Of a stretch of 64,000 bases of DNA, positions 17,465-25,856 are shown one piece after another; position 1 is the first letter of the stretch; every line of letters starts with the position of its first letter. The stretch covers positions 56,590 through 120,589 of the forward strand of contig CAZPBY010000012.1 of the NCBI GenBank assembly GCA_964584785.1, read 5' to 3'. Source of the DNA: an uncultured Solibacteraceae bacterium. Lineage in GTDB: Bacteria > Acidobacteriota > Terriglobia > 20CM-2-55-15. The notes beneath the pieces are model-generated. The model worked only from the letters and a program-made list of their open reading frames with translations, ran no database searches and was not told where the DNA came from. Both the position numbers and the translations under genes were made by a program.

Positions 17465-18787
17465 CTACGACTTCTGAACTGGCGTAACCACGTGATCGTC
17501 TCTGAGGATCGGTTCACCCAGGTTGACAATATCCAGAAGGTACTGGCCGCCATTCAACCGGCTCCAGACATCATGCCGGGACACCAGGTTCGTCCCAAGC
17601 ACGACGACTTCGCCATAGCGAATCACTTCATCCAGCCCATTTCGAACGAGCGTACCAATATGGGGAATGTAGCTTTCGATGAATTCACGGTTGGAACCAA
17701 TCAACTGGCCGAGTGATACGTTTTCATCCCAAATCCGCACCTCGCAACCTTCAGCGATCAGTTTCTTCACAAGGTGCACCATCGGACTTTCGCGCAGATC
17801 GTCGGTGCCGGTCTTGAAGCATAGTCCAAGAAAACCGATCTTTCTCTTGGAGAGACCCAGAATCGCATCGGCGGCGCGTTGAATGTGCTCGGCATTGCTG
17901 GGGATAATCGACTCGAGGAGAGGTAGTTTCAAATCCAGTTCCTTCACCCGATAGGTGAGGGCTCGGAGGTCCTTCGGCAAGCATGATCCGCCGAAAGCAA
18001 ATCCCGGGCTCAGATAGGCACGCGAAATGTTGAGATGCGTATCAGCCATGAAAATCTCGGCAACCGTTTTTGCATCAGCGCCAACGGAACCGGCGATCGT
18101 ACCCATCTCATTGGCAAATGCGACTTTCAACGCGTGAAACGCATTGCAGTAGTACTTCACCATTTCTGCGGCTCGAAGGGGCACTTCGAACAGACGTGCA
18201 GACAGGAAACTATAGAGGTCTCGAACTGGAATCGTCCGCGCGGGGTCGACGGTACCTAGTATCGTGAAAGGCGGGTTAAAGAAATCGGCAACCGAAGTAC
18301 TTTCACGGAGAAACTCGGGATTGAAGCACACCAGAAAATCATCGCCGGCTTTTTTGCCGCTGGCTCTTTCAAGCGCCGGAATGACCACTTCTTCCGTTGT
18401 TCCCGGTAGAACGGTGCTCCGCATAACAATCCAGTGAAACGAGTTTTTCCTCTTGAGGGCCTGACCGATGTCCGAGCAAACCTTGTGAATGTGCGACACG
18501 TCGAGTTTTCCGTTCCGCTGACTGGGCGTACCTACTGAAATGAACGAGATGTCGGAGTTTGCGATCGCGGCATTGGAGTCCTGAGTCGCCGAAACCAGGC
18601 CGTTTTGCTTCGCAGTGGTCAGCATTTCCTCAACGCCTTTTTCCAGGATCGGGCTTAAGCCTTCGTTGATGCGTTGAGTCTTCAGGTTATTCGGATCGAC
18701 TCCGATCACTCGATGTCCGCGCGAAGCAAAACACGCGGCCGTTACCGCTCCGACGTAACCCAATCCAAAAATGCTGATCGTCTTCAT
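17465..18787 (-). CDS. Nucleotide-sugar 6-dehydrogenase (UDP-glucose / GDP-mannose dehydrogenase family).
   Basis: N-terminal Rossmann motif MKTISIFGLGYVGAVTAACFA. Catalytic Cys region GFAFGGSCLPKD. A C-terminal UDP-binding domain is present. Confidence 0.85.
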   Translation of the reverse strand: MKTISIFGLGYVGAVTAACFASRGHRVIGVDPNNLKTQRINEGLSPILEKGVEEMLTTAKQNGLVSATQDSNAAIANSDISFISVGTPSQRNGKLDVSHIHKVCSDIGQALKRKNSFHWIVMRSTVLPGTTEEVVIPALERASGKKAGDDFLVCFNPEFLRESTSVADFFNPPFTILGTVDPARTIPVRDLYSFLSARLFEVPLRAAEMVKYYCNAFHALKVAFANEMGTIAGSVGADAKTVAEIFMADTHLNISRAYLSPGFAFGGSCLPKDLRALTYRVKELDLKLPLLESIIPSNAEHIQRAADAILGLSKRKIGFLGLCFKTGTDDLRESPMVHLVKKLIAEGCEVRIWDENVSLGQLIGSNREFIESYIPHIGTLVRNGLDEVIRYGEVVVLGTNLVSRHDVWSRLNGGQYLLDIVNLGEPILRDDHVVTPVQKS

Positions 18788-19101
18788 AGATGTATGATGC
18801 AATACAGGCATAATTTCAGAACACAAGAAATCTTCTGGCCGTCGGCTTGAGTAATGTTCGAAAGTCCGTGTTCGCCGATTTCAACGAGAGGCTGCTCGGC
18901 CCCGCCGGTTCTTCGGACTGCCCGGCGCGCGTTCCTCATCCATATTTTAAATTAATTTGACAAAGTCCATTTAAGTCATTAAGACTGAATTACTTCGACC
19001 TCGGTCTGAAATCAACATCCCTCGCGCCAAATCCCGGCAGCGACGCTGAACAGGGCGTGTCTGCCGCAACTCGTAACAATGAAACAAAGGAGTTGATCTG
19101 C

Positions 19102-19968
19102 ATGCGATATCGAGAGGTCTCGCTCATCGCAATACTCGTTCTGACATTGCTGTCGTCGCTCGGGTTGCCTGCGCCCCCGGCCGGCACAACAACGATTGAA
19201 GTACCCGGCGCGCGCGACACTGTTGTGAGCGGAATCAATAATTCCGGCGACGTCGTCGGTTCCGGTCATGGCGGCGCAGCCGGAGGCAAAGGGTTCGTTT
19301 TTCGACAAGGTTTCTTCAACATCGTGGAGATACCTGCTGCGGGCGAAACGCAAGCGCTGGGTATCAACGGTCGTGGTGATGTCGTGGGCTATTACACGAA
19401 GGGAGGTTCCGGCCACGGCTTCTTATTGCGCCAGGGCCAGGGAACCGCCATCACGATGGATTTCCCCGGTGCGCTTCAAACGCAGGCATTTGGCGTGAAC
19501 GACCGCGGCGACGTTGTGGGCTCTTATGTCGATTTGGCGGGCAACCACGGCTTTTTACTGCGGCAAGGCGTGTATTCGACGATCGACGTGCCCGGCGCGG
19601 GTTTCACGGCAGCCACGGAGATCAACGATCCGGGCGAAGTCGTCGGCTTTTATATCGCTGGTGCGAAATCCGGCCCGGCTCGCGGGTTCGTGCTGCGGCA
19701 GGGCATCCTCGCCACAGTAACCGTGCCGGGCGCATCCGAGACGTCGGCGTCCGGAATCAACAATCGCGGTGACATTGCCGGTGCCTACCGCACGTCCGAC
19801 GGGCTGCAGCATGGCTATGTCCTGCGGCAGGGGAAGTACGTCACTGTCGATATACCCGGTGTCGCCTTCACCACGGTTACCGGCATCAATGAGCGCGGCG
19901 CCATCGTCGGTAATTCCGGCCCGGTAAACGAAGTCAGCTTCATTCATGGCTTTGTTATGACACCGTAA
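19102..19968 (+). CDS. Secreted HAF-family extracellular repeat protein.
   Basis: Signal peptide MRYREVSLIAILVLTLLSSLGLPAPPAG. Six repeats of about 40 aa, each ending in GIN[NGE][SR]GD[VI]VG and containing HGFLLRQG (HAF-like). AAGGAG RBS. No PEP-CTERM tail. Confidence 0.75.
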   Translation: MRYREVSLIAILVLTLLSSLGLPAPPAGTTTIEVPGARDTVVSGINNSGDVVGSGHGGAAGGKGFVFRQGFFNIVEIPAAGETQALGINGRGDVVGYYTKGGSGHGFLLRQGQGTAITMDFPGALQTQAFGVNDRGDVVGSYVDLAGNHGFLLRQGVYSTIDVPGAGFTAATEINDPGEVVGFYIAGAKSGPARGFVLRQGILATVTVPGASETSASGINNRGDIAGAYRTSDGLQHGYVLRQGKYVTVDIPGVAFTTVTGINERGAIVGNSGPVNEVSFIHGFVMTP

Positions 19969-20805
19969 GATTGTTAGTGTAGTTCCGCGTTGAATCCGCC
20001 CGCATGGGGCACGAGATGACTGAAACCGTGATCCTGCGGGCGATCCAGCCGATCTTCCAACTCACTTACGCACTTAGCCAACAAACTTTGTAGACACATG
20101 TTAGGTGCGAGTTTTCTCGCGGATTCGTTTTGTTACGCATCCAGAAAGCATGTTCCCACCGACCTTCGAACACTGGCGTTCGACACCAGCACGCCGCCGG
20201 CGAATGTATTTTCTTGGCGGAAAGTCTCCACTGGGCCATTGCACAGCCGGATCGGGCCGCCAAAACCGCTTCGACTACGTTGATTTTAGAGGGCGTGGGC
20301 ATCCACTTCGGATTGCCACTTTGTCCGTCAGGATTGGGTTGAACAACAGCCGCAAACGACGATGGTAAGACCAAAAAAGTTGAGGACTTTCCGAAGATGG
20401 CGGACTGATTGCTTTACTAGGGCCGTTCGTTGCTCGCACAAGGACGTAAGAACGTGAGAACCAAGTATCTCAAAGGATTTTCAAGGTCGTCAGAAACTCG
20501 AGACCGATGCCGGATAGAGCGTAACACCGTTCGATGCCTATGTTCGGCCTCACGACACCATGACGTTTTGAAACCGGCTTTCTTGCGGTCATTTAGCGTC
20601 ACGACAATGTCAGAAATTTTGAGTAATTTTGGCGATGCCCACTCTTTAACGGTTTCTGCAAGGTTATCGCACCTTATCAGTTCATAAAGAGACGCCGCTG
20701 AGCGGCGCTCGGAGCGGTTTTAGTACACAACCTGATGCAGACAGTAGTTGGAGTCAACACTCCACGTTAACGGGAGAGCACTGCCCACGGATGGAGATCA
20801 TGTTC

Positions 20806-23800
20806 ATGAGTAACAGATTTGCAAAAAACTTAGGCCGATCATTTTCGAGACTCCTCGTCTTCGTCGCGCTCGGTGCATCTGTCCTTATCGCAGCACCGCA
20901 AAAACCACAAATCACAGACATCAGTCCGTCCAGCGGCCAGATTGGATCGACAGTAAGAATCAACGGTTCCAGTTTTTCAGCAACGCCAAGCCTGAACAGA
21001 ATCCTGTTCACCGCGGCGGGTGGGGGCTCCGTTACAGCTCCCGTGATCTCAGCGAGTTCGAATAGCCTCACAGTCACAGTTCCCTCCGGTGCAATATCCG
21101 GTAAGGTATGGGTACAGTCCAATTTCAAATCGAACGGTGTCCTCTTCACGGTCACGACTACTACGAATCAGCCGCCGACAGTCAATGCAGGGCCCGATCT
21201 TAGTGGAACTATGACTTCCGGTCTGTCACTTACTGGCGCCGCGTCGGACGACGGTATTCCTTCAGGCGCGCTTTACGTGTCGTGGTCGCAAGTAAGTGGT
21301 CCGGGTACAACTACCTTCGCTCCCGTGGATTCCCTGGGAACGACAGCTACATTCTCCGCAGCGGGAACTTATGTTTTGCGGCTGACCGCCACTGACGGCG
21401 CGCTCACCTCCACCGACGACATGACGGCCACGATTGTTTCGAATGGTACGCCGCCGGTGAACCAGGCTCCTGTCGTCAATGCGGGTTCCAACCAGACGGT
21501 CACGTTGCCTGCGGGCACCACAGTTTCCGGCACAGCGACAGACGATGGGTTGCCGAACAACAGCCTTTCCGTTGCATGGAGTCAGGTCAGCGGACCTGGA
21601 ACGGCAGTATTTGGTACTGCCGGTTCGCTTACGAGCACTGTCACTTTTCCAACAGCAGGTTCTTATGTTTTGAAGCTGTACGCAAGCGACTCGCTGCTAT
21701 CGAACTCAAGTCAGATGACGGTGACGGTTCTTAGCGCCCCTGCAGCGAACCAAAAGCCTACCGTGAATGCGGGATCGAATCAGTCGGTAACAATGCCGTC
21801 GGGAGTCATGCTTTCGGGCACGGCGACGGACGATGGTTTGCCGAACGGTACTCTCACGGTCGGATGGAGTAAAGTAAGCGGCCCGGGAACCGTCAGCCTT
21901 GGCACTCCAACCGCACTTACAAGCTCGGCCACGTTCTCCGCTGCGGGTTCGTACGTCATGCGTCTGACCGCAAACGACTCGCAACTCTCCAACACCAGTG
22001 ACACGACGGTGACTGTGAGTAGCGCACCGGCGACGAACCAGGCCCCCAACGTGAATGCGGGATCCGGACAGACCGTCACGCTGCCTTCCGGAGTGAGTCT
22101 TTCCGGTACGGCCACCGATGATGGTTTGCCGAACAACACTCTGACGGTGGCGTGGTCCAAAGTGAGCGGTCCCGGTACCGTCACCTTCAGCGCTCCGAGC
22201 GCAGTTACAGGCTCCGCGACGTTCTCTGCGGCGGGCACGTATGTTCTGCGACTGACTGGGAACGACTCCGCACTCTCCTCCACAAGTGATGTGACCATGA
22301 ACGTTTTGAGCGCGCCGTCGGGCAGCGTTTCGAGCCAGGGCACCACACCGGGCGGCGTGAACGTCATGTCCACCTTCCAGGCGATCAGTGTCCGGGCAGC
22401 TTTCTCAGGTGATGACAACTCGAACAATTCCGCCGTCGTTCAGTACCGAAAGGCTGGAACAACCGCATGGATGCCGGCTTATGCCCCGCTCATCGATCGG
22501 CGGGCGTCGCTCGGTGGAGCTACGAATCCTTATGTGAATCAGGCCCGCGTCAGCATCGTCGGCTTGACCGCAAGCACTCAGTACGAAGTTCAGGTTCTAT
22601 GGAGCGATTCAGATGGAGTTGCCGCTCAACCCGGTATCGCAACAATCTCGACCCTGTCCTACACGCCTCCAACGGGTGGAAGCACTATCACCGTCACGAA
22701 CGACTCATCTCTCGCGTCGGCGTTGAACAGCGTCTCCCCCGGCCAGACGATTCACCTGAACCCGGGTACTTATTCACCGTTCTCCATCACACGGTCGGGC
22801 ACACCTTCCGCCTGGATCACAATTGAAGGTGACGCCGCCGGCGGAACAACCATCGGCGGCTCCGGCGTCAGCCAGAACGTTCGTATCGCAGCAAGCTACG
22901 TGATCGTCCAACGGCTGAAGCTGAGCGATTCGGATTGGCATGGTATCTACCTCGAGACTGTCAATCACGTCTTCGTACAGGACAACACTGTTCAGAATGC
23001 TGGAGCCAAGTGCGCCACGGATCTCAGTGGACACTATGGCGACGGTGGTATCACGATTAGCAACGCCAGCGATAACATCTACATTCTGCGCAACAACGTG
23101 AACTCCACTTCATTGAATGGATGCACGGCTACCCCGATTTGGGATAGTCCGGGCGCCGGCATTCAGTGGTACAACATCAACACGCTGATCGTGCAAGGCA
23201 ACACCGTCACCGGTGGATTCCGAGACGCGATCACGGCCGACAACTCCCAGATCGTGGGTGAAAACATCGATATCGTCGGGAACACCCTCAGCGGTTACAA
23301 GGACGACGGTACGGAGTCCAAGGGTACCAACATCAACGTCCGCATGTGGTCGAACAAGATTCTTGTGGACAATGGCGACACTTGCTTCGCGGGTAACACC
23401 AACACCACTACGAACGTTTACGGACCTCTGTACATCTTCAGGAACAGCTGCCGCGTGACTACATCCAACCCCTCGGGCACGACGGTATACAAACTCGGCG
23501 GCGCGCCCACGTTCCTGTTCCATAACTCGGTGGATGCCTCAACGGCGGGAACTCGTTGGGACGGCTTCGTCGGTGTAACGAACAACGTCGTGGCCTACAA
23601 CAACGCGCTCAAGACCGGCGGCTCGGCGATCGATTACGGCGCCACAGGCTCCGTGTTTGACTACAACCTGCACCTCATCACCTCCGGCTCTTCATTCGCG
23701 TATCTGTGGAACTCGACGTCGTATGACACATTGGCGACATTCAAATCGGGAACCGGACAGGAAATCCATGGCAAGCAAATGGAACCTAAGTTTCTGGATA

Positions 23801-23937
23801 CGAACCTCAGTATCGACAGTACCAGCCCGGCTTTTGATTCCGGCATGATCCTCCCCAACTTCAATGACCTGAATTCGGCGTGGCCTTATTCCGGAGCCGC
23901 GCCGGATATCGGAGTGTGTGAATATTGGCCCAAGTAA
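20806..23937 (+). CDS. Large secreted surface protein built as IPT/TIG domain + 5 tandem PKD/Ig-like domains + Fn3-like domain + C-terminal right-handed parallel beta-helix domain (putative glycan lyase or glycanase).
   Basis: Signal peptide MSNRFAKNLGRSFSRLLVFVALGASVLIAAPQ. Start moved to 20806 because GGAG sits 9 nt upstream; the ORF track starts at 20791. Five ~95-aa repeats of the form VNAG..Q.VTLP....LSGTATDDGLP...L.V.WS.VSGPG.V.F......ATFSAAG.YV.RLT. Beta-helix repeats such as NTVTGGFRDAIT..N..IVGN.. The protein ends in AWPYSGAAPDIGVCEY. Confidence 0.8.
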   Translation: MSNRFAKNLGRSFSRLLVFVALGASVLIAAPQKPQITDISPSSGQIGSTVRINGSSFSATPSLNRILFTAAGGGSVTAPVISASSNSLTVTVPSGAISGKVWVQSNFKSNGVLFTVTTTTNQPPTVNAGPDLSGTMTSGLSLTGAASDDGIPSGALYVSWSQVSGPGTTTFAPVDSLGTTATFSAAGTYVLRLTATDGALTSTDDMTATIVSNGTPPVNQAPVVNAGSNQTVTLPAGTTVSGTATDDGLPNNSLSVAWSQVSGPGTAVFGTAGSLTSTVTFPTAGSYVLKLYASDSLLSNSSQMTVTVLSAPAANQKPTVNAGSNQSVTMPSGVMLSGTATDDGLPNGTLTVGWSKVSGPGTVSLGTPTALTSSATFSAAGSYVMRLTANDSQLSNTSDTTVTVSSAPATNQAPNVNAGSGQTVTLPSGVSLSGTATDDGLPNNTLTVAWSKVSGPGTVTFSAPSAVTGSATFSAAGTYVLRLTGNDSALSSTSDVTMNVLSAPSGSVSSQGTTPGGVNVMSTFQAISVRAAFSGDDNSNNSAVVQYRKAGTTAWMPAYAPLIDRRASLGGATNPYVNQARVSIVGLTASTQYEVQVLWSDSDGVAAQPGIATISTLSYTPPTGGSTITVTNDSSLASALNSVSPGQTIHLNPGTYSPFSITRSGTPSAWITIEGDAAGGTTIGGSGVSQNVRIAASYVIVQRLKLSDSDWHGIYLETVNHVFVQDNTVQNAGAKCATDLSGHYGDGGITISNASDNIYILRNNVNSTSLNGCTATPIWDSPGAGIQWYNINTLIVQGNTVTGGFRDAITADNSQIVGENIDIVGNTLSGYKDDGTESKGTNINVRMWSNKILVDNGDTCFAGNTNTTTNVYGPLYIFRNSCRVTTSNPSGTTVYKLGGAPTFLFHNSVDASTAGTRWDGFVGVTNNVVAYNNALKTGGSAIDYGATGSVFDYNLHLITSGSSFAYLWNSTSYDTLATFKSGTGQEIHGKQMEPKFLDTNLSIDSTSPAFDSGMILPNFNDLNSAWPYSGAAPDIGVCEYWPK

Positions 23938-23968
23938 CGCCTGACCACTCGAAGCATCCTTAATAAAT

Positions 23969-23989
23969 AGGAGGAGCCTGGCTCCTCCT
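23969..23989 (+). terminator. Perfect 10-bp hairpin (aggaggagcc t ggctcctcct) located 32 nt after the stop of the giant gene.
   Basis: Direct reading. The palindrome sequesters an AGGAGG Shine-Dalgarno-like sequence. No U-tract follows, so terminator status is tentative. Confidence 0.4.
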
Positions 23990-24130
23990 GCCAAAACACG
24001 AATCGGCCAATCAGCGCGTCTAACATCGCTGGTTGGCCGATCCCTCTTTCAAGACGCTTTCGTCTGGAGCGTTGACGGTTCGGTTAGCAGGCGGTAACCT
24101 AACCACAGCGCGGTTGGCAATGAGCGCTCA

Positions 24131-25843
24131 ATGACGATGTTTTACGTGATTTTAGCTCTTCGGATTCTTTATTCCTTATCCATGTTGTACAGCAGTATGG
24201 TTGGACTTCAGACAGGCACAGTCCAATCGAACGACACGGCGCCGGGCAATCTCATACTACTCTCCACATTTCGTTCGATCAGCGTGAAGGCACCATTCAG
24301 CGGTGATACCAACGGAAATAATTCCGCCGAAATTCAATTCCGCCCAGTGGGAAGTACGGCGTGGCTGAAGGCCTACACGCCTTTCATCGACCGCCGTCAA
24401 AAACTGGATGGAGTCCAGAATCCATACTTCGGCCAGGCCAGAGTCAGTATTGTGGGGTTAACCGAGAATACGAAATACGAGGTTCAAGTAATCTGGACGG
24501 ATACGGATGGAGTGACGTCTCAGCCTTCCGTCGCCAGCGTTTCGACTCTCTCGTACGAAAAGCCGACAGGAGGCAGCACGATAACAGTGCGCGACGATGC
24601 AACCTTGAGTGCGGCACTGAGAAGCGTGCAACCCGGCCAGACAATTCATATGAATCCCGGATCGTATCGCCCGTTTGCCATCAGGCGCTCCGGAAGTGAG
24701 GGAGCGTGGATTGTATTGGAAGGTGAAACTGGAGGGGGAACCGTTGTCACCGGGGCGGGCGAGAAACAGAACGTGCTGGTGAGCGCGAACTATGTAGTCA
24801 TTCGCAACCTTAGACTAAGCGCATCGGATTCTCATGGGATGTTTCTCTCTCCGAAGGCTCATCATATCTTCGCGCAGGACAATTCCTTTGAGAACATTTC
24901 CACAACATGCGGCGCGAATCCGAAGGGACACTATGACGATGGTGGAATCACGATCGGCGACGGTGCCGGTGACATCGTCATCTTACGAAACAACATCAAT
25001 TCGAGCGCGTTGAGCGCCTCCGCCTGTACTTTAAAGCCCAACTACGACAGCCCCGGCGCGGGCATTCAGTGGTACAACATCACGACACTTGTCGTGCAGG
25101 ACAATACCGTGACCGGAGGCTTTCGCGACGCGATCACAGTAGACAACTCCGGCGATCTGGCTGAAAACGTCGATGTGGTTGGGAACAGTGTGGCGGGTTA
25201 CAAGGACGACGGGCTGGAATCAAAGGGCGGGAACGTGAATGTACGGATCTGGGGCAATCACGTCACTGCAGATCAGGCTAACACGTGCCTGGCGGCAAAC
25301 ACGAATACGACTTCGAACCGGTACGGCCCGATTTACATCTTCAGGAACGACTGTCTGGCGACAGCAAGGAACTCCGAGGGGACGACGGTCTTCAAGCTTG
25401 GCGGTTCGCCGATGTACTTATTTCACAACTCGGTCGACGCCTCTCGCGCTACACCACGCTGGGACGGCTTGATTTCACCAGACGGCTTCACCGTAGCGAT
25501 GAACAACATCGTTAAACTCGGAGGCTCGGCCATCGACTACGGCACTCGTGGAGCCGTCCTCGATTACAACCTATACTTCATCAACTCCGATGCGTCGTTC
25601 GCTTATAAGTGGGACGGTGCAGCGACATACAACACCCTCGCGGAATTCAAATCCAGGGTTGGACAAGAACAACACGGGAAGAACCAGGAGCCGCGGTTTG
25701 CCGACACCCAGCTTCACATCAACGCGACAAGCCCCGCCTTTGATACCGGCACGGTCATCATGAACTTTAACGATCCACAGTCCGCGTGGCCGTATTCAGG
25801 GGCCGCACCGGATATCGGAGCCTTCGAATTTCGTCGAAACTAG
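24131..25843 (+). CDS. Truncated paralog of the C-terminal half of gene 20806-23937 (Fn3-like + right-handed beta-helix).
   Basis: It aligns colinearly with residues ~515-1048 of the upstream protein (e.g. STFRSISVKAPFSGDTNGNNSAEIQFRPVGSTAW versus STFQAISVRAAFSGDDNSNNSAVVQYRKAGTTAW). It ends in AWPYSGAAPDIGAFEF. The N-terminus is hydrophobic but not a canonical signal peptide, so the start is uncertain. Confidence 0.7.
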   Translation: MTMFYVILALRILYSLSMLYSSMVGLQTGTVQSNDTAPGNLILLSTFRSISVKAPFSGDTNGNNSAEIQFRPVGSTAWLKAYTPFIDRRQKLDGVQNPYFGQARVSIVGLTENTKYEVQVIWTDTDGVTSQPSVASVSTLSYEKPTGGSTITVRDDATLSAALRSVQPGQTIHMNPGSYRPFAIRRSGSEGAWIVLEGETGGGTVVTGAGEKQNVLVSANYVVIRNLRLSASDSHGMFLSPKAHHIFAQDNSFENISTTCGANPKGHYDDGGITIGDGAGDIVILRNNINSSALSASACTLKPNYDSPGAGIQWYNITTLVVQDNTVTGGFRDAITVDNSGDLAENVDVVGNSVAGYKDDGLESKGGNVNVRIWGNHVTADQANTCLAANTNTTSNRYGPIYIFRNDCLATARNSEGTTVFKLGGSPMYLFHNSVDASRATPRWDGLISPDGFTVAMNNIVKLGGSAIDYGTRGAVLDYNLYFINSDASFAYKWDGAATYNTLAEFKSRVGQEQHGKNQEPRFADTQLHINATSPAFDTGTVIMNFNDPQSAWPYSGAAPDIGAFEFRRN

Positions 25844-25856
25844 TGGTGTCCCTCCA

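Noticed and set aside
18957-18990. TTGACA hexamer in the ugd / HAF divergent region as a sigma70 promoter.
   Set aside because: No acceptable -10 hexamer lies at 16-18 bp spacing (taagac or ttaaga only), so it is left as unassigned AT-rich promoter DNA.
20384-20392. GGACTTTCC on the plus strand (reverse complement GGAAAGTCC, which resembles the RNase P RNA P4 motif).
   Set aside because: The downstream context (tcaac instead of GGGCUCC) does not match RNase P RNA, and no other conserved RNase P elements are present.
23880-23937. Conserved C-terminal AWPYSGAAPDIG[VA][CF]E[YF] motif considered as a novel sorting signal.
   Set aside because: It matches the usual terminus of right-handed beta-helix domains (DIGAYE-like) and has no TM or charged tail, so it is more likely structural than a sorting tag.
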